Positions 17,602 to 26,110 of a DNA stretch of 32,000 bases are shown here, piece by piece. The notes under the pieces were generated by a model, which saw only the letters and a list, made by a program, of their open reading frames with translations, was not told the origin of the DNA and made no database searches. A program made the position numbers and the translations under genes. How positions within the stretch are numbered: position 1 is the stretch's first letter; the number at the start of each line of letters is the position of its first letter. The stretch comes from Microcystis aeruginosa NIES-843. Lineage in GTDB: Bacteria; Cyanobacteriota; Cyanobacteriia; Cyanobacteriales; Microcystaceae. Location: contig NC_010296.1 in the NCBI RefSeq assembly GCF_000010625.1, forward strand, positions 4,080,001-4,112,000, given 5' to 3'.

Positions 17602-18195
17602 ATGAAACTATCAGATTATGCTAAGAAAAAAGGGATCAGTTATGACACTGCTTGGAGAATGTGGAATCGAGGGCAGTTACAAGGAGAACGTCTTCCTACA
17701 GGAACAATTATTATTTTTGAAGATGACCGTTCTTGCGGTGAAAATAAAGTAGCTATTTATGCGCGAGTTTCTAGTTCAGAAAATAAATCTGACTTAGAGA
17801 CTCAGGCAAAAAGATTGGAAGCTTATTGTATTGCGAAAGGCTATCAAATTGTTCGAGTAGTTAAAGAAGTAGGAAGTGGAGTCAATGATCATCGAAAGCT
17901 ATTATTAAAACTTCTAGAACAAACTGATTATAATTTGATTGTCGTAGAACATAAAGATCGTTTAAGCAGAGTAGGGTTTAATTATCTGAAAGTTCTTTTA
18001 ACTCAAACAAATAGAGAGCTAGAGGTCGTTAATCTAGCAGAAGAAAGAAAAGACGATTTAAGGCAAGACTTCGTGAGCATAATTACCTCATTTTGCGCTC
18101 GATTATACTCATTAAGACGACGAAATAGAAAGACAGAATGTTTAATTAAATGCCTTGAGGAGAATGATGAAATTAGTTCAAAAACATCTAATTAA
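17602..18195 (+). CDS. tnpA: IS607-family transposase TnpA (serine recombinase with N-terminal MerR-like HTH), intact
   Basis: MKLSDYAKKKGISYDTAWRMWNRGQL is the HTH, and VAIYARVSSSENKSDLETQ is the catalytic-serine motif of resolvase-type recombinases. 197 aa, overlapping tnpB by 41 nt as is usual for IS607. Confidence 0.85.
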   Translation: MKLSDYAKKKGISYDTAWRMWNRGQLQGERLPTGTIIIFEDDRSCGENKVAIYARVSSSENKSDLETQAKRLEAYCIAKGYQIVRVVKEVGSGVNDHRKLLLKLLEQTDYNLIVVEHKDRLSRVGFNYLKVLLTQTNRELEVVNLAEERKDDLRQDFVSIITSFCARLYSLRRRNRKTECLIKCLEENDEISSKTSN

Positions 18196-19405
18196 ATTTA
18201 ATCACAAAAATTATTCAGTAATTGATAAATTAGGATTTTTATCGAAGAATCTGTATAATTGTGCTGTTTATTTAAACCGTCAAGTTTTCTTTTCACATCA
18301 ACCATTTTTAACAATGACTGAGTTACATCATGCCTTAAAAATGAGTCCAGATTATCAAGCCTTACCCGCCAAAGTAAGTCAGTTAGTATTAAAGCAAGTA
18401 GAAAAAACCTTTAAATCTTACCAAAAAGCGAAAGAACAATCCAAAAAATCGCCAGATAAATTTACAGGAGAGCCTAAGTTGCCAAGATACAAAGACAAGG
18501 AAAAAGGTAGAAACGTTTTAACTTATAACTATCAAGCCATTTCTAAAAAAGCGTTGAAGCAAGGTTTAATCAAGCTATCAGGGACTAATTGAGAATTTAA
18601 AACTAATTTAAAGAAAGTCTTAGAGGTCAGGATTATTCCTAAATTGGGTGCTTATTGTTTAGAGATTGTCTATGAACAACCATCCTCATCAAGTCAAGAG
18701 GGAGAAAGATATGCTTTTATCGATTTAGGCTTAAATAACCTAGCTGCTGTTACCTCTAATATTCCCGAATTTCAGCCAACTTTAGTATGTGGAAAAGCCT
18801 GAAAATCCTCCAATCAAAAGTACAACAAGACACTAGCTAAACTCAAATCGGAATTACCCAGTCTACAGAAGACCAGTAAAAGAATACAAGGTTTAACTTT
18901 AAAGCGTAATTGCCAGGTGGATTATTACCTCCACACCGCTAGTAAATATATTATTGATAAATTACTAGCTCATCAAATTAACCTTTTAGTTATTGGTCAT
19001 AATCAAGGCTGGAAACAAAACATTAATATTGGAGATAGAAATAACCAGTCATTCGTAAATATTCCTCATTCAAGGTTGATCGAACAACTTACCTATAAAG
19101 CAAATTTAGTAGGAATAGAGGTCAAAACAACTAATGAAAGCTATACCTCTAAATGTAGTTTCTTGGACTTAGAGTCTATTCAAAAGCAAAAAAGCTATTT
19201 AGGCAAGAGAATTAAAAGAGGACTATTCAGAAGCTCGTCGGGTTATTTCTATGGAGCAGATATTAATGGTTCCTTAAATATTGGAAGAAAGGTAGTCGGA
19301 GAGGCCGCCTTTAGCGGGAATCCGATAGAGAGGTTCGTAGTTAACCCAGTACGGGTCAAAGCGTACAAAGCTAATTCTAGATGCAATATTTGCGTACAGA
19401 ATTAG
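18155..19405 (+). pseudogene. tnpB: IS607-associated tnpB interrupted by two in-frame TGA codons
   Basis: A single reading frame (frame 2) carries recognisable TnpB sequence throughout: YAFIDLGLNNLAAVTS, IGHNQGWKQNINIG, NESYTSKCSFLD, GADINGSLNIGRK. It contains TGA at 18590-18592 and at 18800-18802, and I saw no frameshift. Confidence 0.8.
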
Positions 19406-19612
19406 TAACTATATCTTGGTCACTATTCCTGAAGCGATAACCGAGCTTCGACGAGTCCTGTTGCCAGAAAAAGTATGGGTCTTAGGAACTAGGACTCCTG
19501 CCCGGGTCGGGAAGGTAAGACTTGCTATCTTTCGAGGTAGAAAGCACATCCCATTGAAGCAGGAAGCTCTCAACGGAGTTGAGAGTAGTTCACTCCAATA
19601 GCAGAGAAAAAC
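19406..19612 (+). ncRNA. Candidate omega-RNA (reRNA) scaffold / right end of the IS607 element
   Basis: It lies immediately 3' of tnpB, where TnpB guide RNAs are encoded. It contains local hairpins, e.g. CTCAAC-GGA-GTTGAG. The 61-aa ORF predicted here has no SD and no recognisable family. Confidence 0.35.
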
Positions 19613-19615
19613 AAT

Positions 19616-19957
19616 CTAACTTTGGCCACAACAGCGATCGATCCCTAAACTATCTAAAATTAAATCACTGACGGCGTTAGCGATGGCAAATTCACTATAA
19701 AAACTTTCGCGAAAATCAAAAGCTTGCATCTCGGTAACGATCGCAATTACTAGACAACCGAGATCGTTTTCCCCTTCCAAACGCTGACGCAGAAAAATTT
19801 GACTAGCGCGTTCAGCGATAGTTTCATTAATAGCTTCGGGAATAAATTCCGCATCTAACCAACGATGTAAAGCCGTGCGCAACCAAGTTTGTTCCTGTTG
19901 GGGATTTTCGATCGGTGGTAAAGTAATAGGTGGAATTGGTGCGGGATGATCGGGCAT
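19616..19957 (-). CDS. Conserved cyanobacterial hypothetical protein (113 aa, C-terminal CCG)
   Basis: A clean ORF with backbone composition. WLDAEFIPEAINETIAERASQIFLRQRLEGENDLGCLVIAIVTEMQ looks like a conserved small cyanobacterial protein, but I cannot name the family. Confidence 0.5.
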   Translation of the reverse strand: MPDHPAPIPPITLPPIENPQQEQTWLRTALHRWLDAEFIPEAINETIAERASQIFLRQRLEGENDLGCLVIAIVTEMQAFDFRESFYSEFAIANAVSDLILDSLGIDRCCGQS

Positions 19958-19991
19958 AATTAGAGAATGATCAGGCTACGAGACTGAATTC

Positions 19992-20573
19992 TTGGGGGGA
20001 GTCGTGGATACCGCCTCTATTATACAAGGATACGCACGCGGTTACTTTCTCATGGCCGATGAGGGGGGGCGATTGGATTGGTATTCTAGTAAAAATCGCG
20101 CTCTTATCCCTCTTGATCGGCGTTTTAGGTATCCCAAGTCCCTAAAACGAGTTTTGAATCAAAATCGCTTTAGCGTCGCTATTAACCGCGATTTTGCTGG
20201 GGTTTGTGCTGGTTGTGCCGATCGCTCGCTGACTTGGATTTCCCCGGAGTTAATGCAAATCTATCAGCAATTACACCAGGCCGGTTGGGCCTACAGTTTC
20301 GAGACTTGGCAAGGGGATCAATTAGCGGGAGGGATTTTAGGTTTGGCCATTGGCGGGGTTTTTATCGGGGAATCGATGTTCTATAAAATTCCCGATGGTT
20401 CTAAGGTAGCCATGGTCAAGTTAGTTGAACACCTCAGAGAACGGAATTTCTGTCTATTTGATGCCCAAATGCAAAATCCCCATCTGGCTAGATTTGGGGC
20501 CTATACTATCCCCGAACAAGAATATCATGCCCGACTGGAAAGCGCTCTGTTGAAGCATTGCCATTTTGTTTAA
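19992..20573 (+). CDS. aat: Leucyl/phenylalanyl-tRNA--protein transferase
   Basis: [10 protein letters not shown]...W.SP..RALIPLD...PKSLKRVL and [23 protein letters not shown] are Aat family hallmarks. The start is uncertain (TTG 19992 or GTG 20004). Confidence 0.85.
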   Translation: MGGVVDTASIIQGYARGYFLMADEGGRLDWYSSKNRALIPLDRRFRYPKSLKRVLNQNRFSVAINRDFAGVCAGCADRSLTWISPELMQIYQQLHQAGWAYSFETWQGDQLAGGILGLAIGGVFIGESMFYKIPDGSKVAMVKLVEHLRERNFCLFDAQMQNPHLARFGAYTIPEQEYHARLESALLKHCHFV

Positions 20574-20666
20574 GTATTGTTTCCGATTGTGGCAGTCATC
20601 TTAATAGTGAGGTACTAATTTTTCGTTTTGGGGGGCCAGTCGTCACGATTCGGTCGTCATTGACTC

Positions 20667-20701
20667 TCCCCCGCTAACCGCTCGCGCGGTGTAGCGGGGG
20701 A
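20667..20701 (-). other. Right-end hairpin overlapping the tnpB stop codon; probable omega-RNA scaffold segment
   Basis: TCCCCCGCTA (20667-20676) pairs with TAGCGGGGGA (20692-20701). An inner ACCGC/GCGGT helix has a 4-nt loop and one bulged G. The stop codon at 20674-20676 is in the stem. Confidence 0.7.
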
Positions 20702-21957
20702 TTCTCGGTTCTTAGGCTTTTAACTAGATCGACCTGGTTTAACTGGAGGATCCCCGTCAAATCGCCTCCGCGAGCGTTTTCTAACACGGTCAGTCCGACC
20801 GCGTTTTTTCCTCGGTTCTCGATTACCTTCGCTGATGCCGTATCTCTCGGTTCAATGTGGCCGCAAGAATCACACCGGTGAACTCTTTCCGATAAGGCTT
20901 TTTTACCGGTAATCGCGCCACAATTCGGACACTCTTGCGAAGTTCCGTTTTTATCGACTTTAAGATAATATTTTCCCCGTTTCCAAACAACAAACGGTAG
21001 TATCTCGTTAATAAAACTACCGATACCCGAATCCAGAGATTGTTTTCTAACGATCCCTCTAGACCAGGAAACGAAGTTAATATCCTCAACGAAGATATTA
21101 TCAGCAAGATCGCAAAGGTAATGAGCTAACTTAAAATGCCAATCTCTACGAGTATTAGACACTTTTTCATGTAATCTTGCTATCTTCTCCTGAAGTTTTA
21201 ACCAATTGTTCGAGCCTTTGACTTGATGTTTCAAGCGTCTTTGTAGCAATTTAAGCTTACTCTGTACTTTCAACAAAAATCGAGGGGCTTTGATTAAATC
21301 TCCCCGTGAAGTAGCGACAAAACTTTCAATCCCCGCGTCGATTCCTAAACAGGTCTTCCCAACTGTCATATCGGGAACTAATTCCGTAGATTGGAAAGAA
21401 ACCGAAACGTAAAATCCCGACGCTTTGCGGATAATTCGAGCTTGTTTAGGCTCAAACCCAGACGGGTACTCCCTAGATTTCCTAATCCGAATTTTTCCCA
21501 ATTGTGGAAAATTCAAACATCCATCCCCTAGAAAGTTTTTTGACAGCGCAGGAAAAACCAAACTCCGCATCTTTTTCTTAAATCTAGGAAAGCCGAAGCC
21601 TTTCGATTTTATCTGGTCAAAAGCTTTATCTACAGTTTTTAAGACTTGCTGTAAAACTTGAGCGTTAACCGTCTTTAATATCGGGTAAACTTTTTTAGCT
21701 TCCGTTAGATTTTTAGCTTGAACGAAGTAATTAGGATAGGGTTCATCCGCAGGAATTATGTACTCGGAAACTAACGAACAACGATCCGCAAGACACTTTC
21801 GAGAGTTCAACCAATCTTTTCGCTCCGCCAGCGCGTAATTGTAAACGCTTTTGGCAACATCAAGAATGTGGATTATCTCCCGTTCCTGTCGCCTGTTTAC
21901 CTTTAGTTTGTACTGGTAGGTAAGCGTTATCACTGTCGTTCGTTTCGTGATGTACAA
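20674..21957 (-). CDS. tnpB: TnpB (IS200/IS605 OrfB, RuvC-type RNA-guided nuclease), apparently intact
   Basis: CLGIDAGIESFVATS (D), IFVEDINF (E), zinc finger CPNCG...CDSCG, and EPRDTASAKVI (D). 427 aa. Confidence 0.85.
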   Translation of the reverse strand: MYITKRTTVITLTYQYKLKVNRRQEREIIHILDVAKSVYNYALAERKDWLNSRKCLADRCSLVSEYIIPADEPYPNYFVQAKNLTEAKKVYPILKTVNAQVLQQVLKTVDKAFDQIKSKGFGFPRFKKKMRSLVFPALSKNFLGDGCLNFPQLGKIRIRKSREYPSGFEPKQARIIRKASGFYVSVSFQSTELVPDMTVGKTCLGIDAGIESFVATSRGDLIKAPRFLLKVQSKLKLLQRRLKHQVKGSNNWLKLQEKIARLHEKVSNTRRDWHFKLAHYLCDLADNIFVEDINFVSWSRGIVRKQSLDSGIGSFINEILPFVVWKRGKYYLKVDKNGTSQECPNCGAITGKKALSERVHRCDSCGHIEPRDTASAKVIENRGKNAVGLTVLENARGGDLTGILQLNQVDLVKSLRTENPPLHRASG

Positions 21958-21983
21958 TTGAATTGTAACACTTACTGCCTAAT

Positions 21984-22414
21984 ATGTCAACCGATTACAA
22001 TCATGGATTTTGCTCCGTTTATAGACTTACCGCTCACGTCGTATTTGTCATCAAATACCGACCATTGCTATTAACAATGAAATCTTAGCCCGACGTCAAG
22101 AAATCTTTGTATCAACGCTGACGAAATGGGAAAGCGTGTTGCTTGATTTCAACGGTGAATCGGATTACGTTCACCGGATTATCGATGACAAACCTGACAT
22201 CGCTTTATCCAAATTAATCGCTAACCTTAAAACAGTTAGTAGTCGCTTAATTAGAAAGGAATTTCCGTACTTAGCGGCCAAGTATTTCGACAATAAACCT
22301 TATTTTTGGACGGGAGGTTATTTCGTGGCTAGTTGTGGCGGCGTTACTGTCGAACAACTAAAAAAATACGTTGAGAACCAAAACTCCCCAAAAGTGGAAA
22401 CCCTACCGCGTTAG
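21984..22414 (+). pseudogene. tnpA: IS200/IS605 Y1 (HUH) transposase TnpA, frameshifted
   Basis: Frame 3 gives MSTDYNHGFCSVYRLTAHVVFVIKYRPLLLT and then a stop at ~22084-22086. The family sequence continues in frame 2 (NEILARRQEIFVSTLTKWESVLLDFNGESDYVHRII...FWTGGYFVASCGGVTVEQLKKYVENQ). This implies a 1-nt loss near 22070. Confidence 0.8.
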
Positions 22415-22427
22415 TTTCATTCCGGTG

Positions 22428-22477
22428 GCGATTCATCTCCCGTTAACTGCGTAGCGGTTTAACGGGAGATGAATCGC
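22428..22477. other. Left-end hairpin of the IS605-type element: perfect 19-bp stem
   Basis: GCGATTCATCTCCCGTTAA (22428-22446), a 12-nt loop, then TTAACGGGAGATGAATCGC (22459-22477). Checked base by base. Confidence 0.85.
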
Positions 22478-22601
22478 GACCTTGAGATAGCAAATTAGGT
22501 TATACTTCATCTTTAAGAAAAAAGCTGTAAGAATCGACCTCGAAAATGTCTTGACCATCGAACCCGATTCGAGGTATTATATCAGGGTAGATTAGACAGT
22601 A

Positions 22602-23732
22602 ATGAAATTCAGATTTAAATTGGCAATGTTAAACCAGTTAAGAATTCTAATTGTTGATGATAATGAAGTAGATCGGATCGCCGTGCGCCGATTCTTAAGA
22701 ACATCGGAGATGGCGATAGAAATAACAGAAGCCGCTGACTATCAAGAGGCTAAAGAAAAGATGTCCAATAATCTTTTCGACTGTATGTTTATCGATTATC
22801 TTCTACCCGATGGAGATGGTTTGACTTTGGTGCGGGAAATTCGGCAACAGGGACTTAAAATACCCCTAATTGTTTTAACCGGTCACGGAGACGAAGGAAT
22901 TGCCGTAGATATGATGAAAGCCGGTGCTTCCGATTATCTGAGTAAATTTCGTCTTTCTGCCTCGCGCTTAAATCAAGCGATGCGAAACGCCCTACGCATC
23001 TATGAAGCGGAACAAGAAGTGGCGATTGCCAAACAAGAAAAAGAGCAATTGGCTAGACAAAAAGAAGATTTTGTTTCGAGGATGACCCACGATTTGCGAA
23101 CTCCCTTAGTGTCTGTCAATCACATATTAGAACTATTTCAAGAAGGTTTATACGGTGAGATTACTCCCGAAATGAGTCGAGTCATTCATGTGATTATTCG
23201 CAGTAATCAAAATCTCTTGGAAATGGTTAATAATCTTTTGGAAGTTTATTGTTATGAAAACGGCGAAAAGATACTTAATTTTACTAAATTAAAGATTATC
23301 GATATTCTCGAAGAAGTCTGTCAGCAGTTAACTCCCCTTGCCCGAGAAAAAGGACTAGAATTAAGCTTAAATGCCGAAAATGCCGGGGAAATTTTCCTAA
23401 CTGGCGATCGCTTGGAACTGCGGCGCGTTTTTACCAATCTCATCGGCAATGCGATTAAATTTACCCAAAAGGGTGATGTGAAAATTCATCTCATCCCCGC
23501 TACAGAGGAAGATACTTTTGTCACCATTGTGGTCGAGGATACTGGTATAGGCATTTCAGCAGAAGAACTACCCCGGATTTTCGAGCGCCTGTACTCCGGT
23601 TCCCCAGACAGTTCCAACAATGGGTTAGGACTTTATCTCTCCCGTCGCATTATCGATGCTCATGGGGGAACTATTGCCGTCACCTCAGAATTAGAACGGG
23701 GTAGTAGCTTTTCTGTCCGTTTACCTGTCTAG
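22602..23732 (+). CDS. Hybrid two-component protein: N-terminal receiver (REC) domain fused to HisKA + HATPase_c histidine kinase, with no sensor or TM domain
   Basis: RILIVDDNEVDR...DCMFIDYLLPDGDG...KAGASDYLSK is the REC domain, SRMTHDLRTPL is the H-box, and TNLIGNAIKFT, EDTGIGI and GLGLYLS are the N, G1 and G2 boxes. The start could be ATG 22626. Confidence 0.85.
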   Translation: MKFRFKLAMLNQLRILIVDDNEVDRIAVRRFLRTSEMAIEITEAADYQEAKEKMSNNLFDCMFIDYLLPDGDGLTLVREIRQQGLKIPLIVLTGHGDEGIAVDMMKAGASDYLSKFRLSASRLNQAMRNALRIYEAEQEVAIAKQEKEQLARQKEDFVSRMTHDLRTPLVSVNHILELFQEGLYGEITPEMSRVIHVIIRSNQNLLEMVNNLLEVYCYENGEKILNFTKLKIIDILEEVCQQLTPLAREKGLELSLNAENAGEIFLTGDRLELRRVFTNLIGNAIKFTQKGDVKIHLIPATEEDTFVTIVVEDTGIGISAEELPRIFERLYSGSPDSSNNGLGLYLSRRIIDAHGGTIAVTSELERGSSFSVRLPV

Positions 23733-23779
23733 AAAGATCGATAATAGAAAAAATACTTTCTGCCGATCGGTCACTGTTA

Positions 23780-25153
23780 ATGGCTTCTAATTGGGATATC
23801 TTGTTAATACAAGCGGCGCGTCAGGGCAATCTCGCGCGGGTTCAAGCTTTACTGAGTCAGGGGGCAAATGTCAACGCCACTGATGGGCAAAATACTACGG
23901 CTTTAATCTATGCCGTGCAGGGGGGTCATAGGGAAATTGTGGCAATTTTGCGAGAATTTGGGGCTGATATCAACAAAAGTAAACAACCTCAAGGTTTAAG
24001 CCCTCTCATGTTAGCGGCTGCCCTCAATCACAGTCAAATCCTCCCTCAACTAATCGCTGCCGGTGCTAATATCAATCAGGTCAATCAAGATGGTACACCC
24101 GCACTAATGATCGCCGTTTATAAGGGTCATATAGCGATCGCAGAACAGTTATTAATCGCCGGCGCTCGGGTCAATGTGCGCGATCGGGATGGAGATACGG
24201 CTTTATCTGTAGCGATCAAACAAAATTACGCCGCAATCGTCCGTTTACTGCTCGATAGTGGTGTAGATGAAGAAATCCGTCAACAAGCTTGGTTACAGGC
24301 TCTCACCGCTAATTGCCCAGAAATCCTCGAATTGTTTATTACCCGTGGTATGCCCCTCGATGCTCCCACTTTATCCGGGGAAACTCCCCTAATTTTGGCT
24401 GTAGAGAGGGGAAATCTCGGCAGCGTGCAAACTTTACTGCAAGCGGGAGCAAATCCGAACATCAGCACGGAGGAGGGAGAAACTGCCCTGATGATCGCCG
24501 CTGCTGAGGGATATTTCGATATTGTCCGACTTTTACTCGCTAAGGGGGCCAGTGTTGACAATCAAAATCAGGCTGGGGAAACGGCCCTGCATTTAGGGAC
24601 GATCGAAGGACATTTAGAGATCGTCCAGGCCTTACTACAAGCCGGCGCTTTTGTCAATCACCGCAATCATTTTGGTGATACACCCCTGATCATCGCCACG
24701 GTGCAAGGATACGAAGCGATCGTTTTAGAATTGTTAAAACAGGGGGCGGAGCCTAACCTAACTCAGCAGGGAGAAACACCGTTAACTTTAGCTCTACAGC
24801 GCAAATTTACGAAAATCTGTCGTTATCTCCTCGACTACGGGGCTAATCCCAACGCCGTTTATCCCGATGGCAAAACCGTCCTCATGAAAGCTTGTGAGGG
24901 CAATAATAGTCAACTGGTGCGCCGGTTAATCGATATCGGTGCTGATGTCAATAAACTCGATTTTAGCGGCGCTTCCCCTTTAATGTGGGCGAGTTATCAC
25001 GGTTGTCTCGACACGGTTAAAGTTTTGTTAGACGGGGGAAAGGTGAACTTAAATCAGAAAAATCAAGGGGGAATGACCGCTTTAATGTTAGCTAAATTTA
25101 ATCACCATCAGGCGATCGTTTCTTTATTAAAACAAGCGGGAGCGATCGAGTAA
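23780..25153 (+). CDS. Ankyrin-repeat protein (~13 ANK repeats), cytoplasmic
   Basis: The 33-residue periodicity G.T(A/P)L..A...GH..IV..LL..GA..N recurs throughout the 457 aa. There is no signal peptide. It starts 47 nt after the REC-HK stop, on the same strand. Confidence 0.85.
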   Translation: MASNWDILLIQAARQGNLARVQALLSQGANVNATDGQNTTALIYAVQGGHREIVAILREFGADINKSKQPQGLSPLMLAAALNHSQILPQLIAAGANINQVNQDGTPALMIAVYKGHIAIAEQLLIAGARVNVRDRDGDTALSVAIKQNYAAIVRLLLDSGVDEEIRQQAWLQALTANCPEILELFITRGMPLDAPTLSGETPLILAVERGNLGSVQTLLQAGANPNISTEEGETALMIAAAEGYFDIVRLLLAKGASVDNQNQAGETALHLGTIEGHLEIVQALLQAGAFVNHRNHFGDTPLIIATVQGYEAIVLELLKQGAEPNLTQQGETPLTLALQRKFTKICRYLLDYGANPNAVYPDGKTVLMKACEGNNSQLVRRLIDIGADVNKLDFSGASPLMWASYHGCLDTVKVLLDGGKVNLNQKNQGGMTALMLAKFNHHQAIVSLLKQAGAIE

Positions 25154-25241
25154 GCTGCCCGCGAATTTAAATTGCTTGTTGAGATGAGGCTCCGAGGCTG
25201 CGAGGCAGGAGATAGGGTGGTCACTGCGTGCGCGTTGCGGG

Positions 25242-25338
25242 GGGTGTTAGGGTGTTAGGGTGTTAGGGTTTTAGTTGAAATTCCCCCACTTCCCCACTTC
25301 CCCACTTCCCCAGGAGAAACTTTTTGCCGCAAACCCTA
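25242..25338 (-). repeat. Composite intergenic element, copy 2 (inverted relative to 8084-8287)
   Basis: On the minus strand it reads TAGGGTTTGCGGCAAAAAGTTT, then (GGGGAAGT)n, then GGGGGAATTTCAACTAAAACCC, then (TAACACCC)n. On the plus strand this appears as (GGGTGTTA)x3+ at 25242-25273, (CCCCACTT)n at 25283-25311 and AAACTTTTTGCCGCAAACCCTA at 25317-25338. It begins 5 nt after the PP2C stop codon. Confidence 0.8.
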
Positions 25339-25343
25339 GATAG

Positions 25344-26087
25344 TCAACAGCTTACCATGACCACGGTGATATTATCGGAACCGCCAGCTTTTTTGGCCGC
25401 TGCCACTAAATTTTCGACAATTTCCTGACAATCAGCACCGGTTTGCAAATAATCGCTAATTTCCTCGTCGGACACTTCTTCCGTCAAACCATCACTACAG
25501 AGAATTAAACTATCGCCGGATTGCACATCAAGGGGAGATACCGTCACTGGGAGCAAACCGGGACGACCGAGACATTTTAATAAAATGTGCCGATAAGGGG
25601 AGTTTTTCGCATCTTCTTCGGACATATCGCCCATTTTTATCGCCCTAGCGATCAAAGTATGATCCTCCGTCACCTGTTCTAATTTTTGCTCACGAAAGCG
25701 ATAGAGACGGGAATCACCAATATGGGTGTACCAAGAGCCATCATCTCGGAAGATAGCTATGACTAGGGTTGTCCCCATCTCCTGTCTTTCGGGATTTTTC
25801 AGTTGATCTTCAATAATCTTCTCGTTAGCGGCAGTAATTGCCTCCTGCAGCAATTCCCCGGCAGCCCGGGGCGAATTCCAGTGTTCTTCTAGATGAGCTT
25901 GGATAGTTTCAGTGGCGATTTGACTAGCTTCCTGGCCTCCCGCATGACCCCCCATACCATCGGCAACGATAAAAAAGCGGCGCTCGGGGTCGATATAATA
26001 ACTATCCTGATTAACCGATCGCACCACACCAGGATCGGTCATTCCCCCAAAAGAAAGATTGTTCATTGAAATTTCTGCTACTAACAC
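25344..26087 (-). CDS. PP2C-family Ser/Thr protein phosphatase
   Basis: GMTDPGVVRSVNQDS, FIVADGMGGHAGGQEAS, LILCSDGL and GGSDNITVV are the PP2C metal-binding motifs. The start is possibly the internal ATG at 26066. Confidence 0.85.
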   Translation of the reverse strand: MLVAEISMNNLSFGGMTDPGVVRSVNQDSYYIDPERRFFIVADGMGGHAGGQEASQIATETIQAHLEEHWNSPRAAGELLQEAITAANEKIIEDQLKNPERQEMGTTLVIAIFRDDGSWYTHIGDSRLYRFREQKLEQVTEDHTLIARAIKMGDMSEEDAKNSPYRHILLKCLGRPGLLPVTVSPLDVQSGDSLILCSDGLTEEVSDEEISDYLQTGADCQEIVENLVAAAKKAGGSDNITVVMVSC

Positions 26088-26110
26088 AATATTTATTATC
26101 CTGCGCTCGA

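Larger units (their letters stand above)
17480..19612 (+). mobile_element. IS607-family element (serine-recombinase tnpA + tnpB); boundaries approximate
   Basis: There is an abrupt switch to AT-rich sequence at ~17478, overlapping tnpA/tnpB, and a structured 3' tail ending just before the stop codon of the flanking gene at 19616. Confidence 0.7.
20600..22477 (-). mobile_element. IS200/IS605-family element with divergent tnpA (dead) and tnpB (intact); left boundary approximate
   Basis: tnpB (minus) and tnpA (plus) diverge from a 26-nt spacer, the IS605-type layout. Each gene's 3' end is followed by or overlaps a strong hairpin (20667-20701 and 22428-22477). Confidence 0.75.

Noticed and set aside
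19416-19601. 61-aa ORF directly after the IS607 tnpB
   Set aside because: It has no ribosome-binding site and no recognisable family, and it lies where the TnpB guide-RNA scaffold/right end is expected. I treated it as non-coding.
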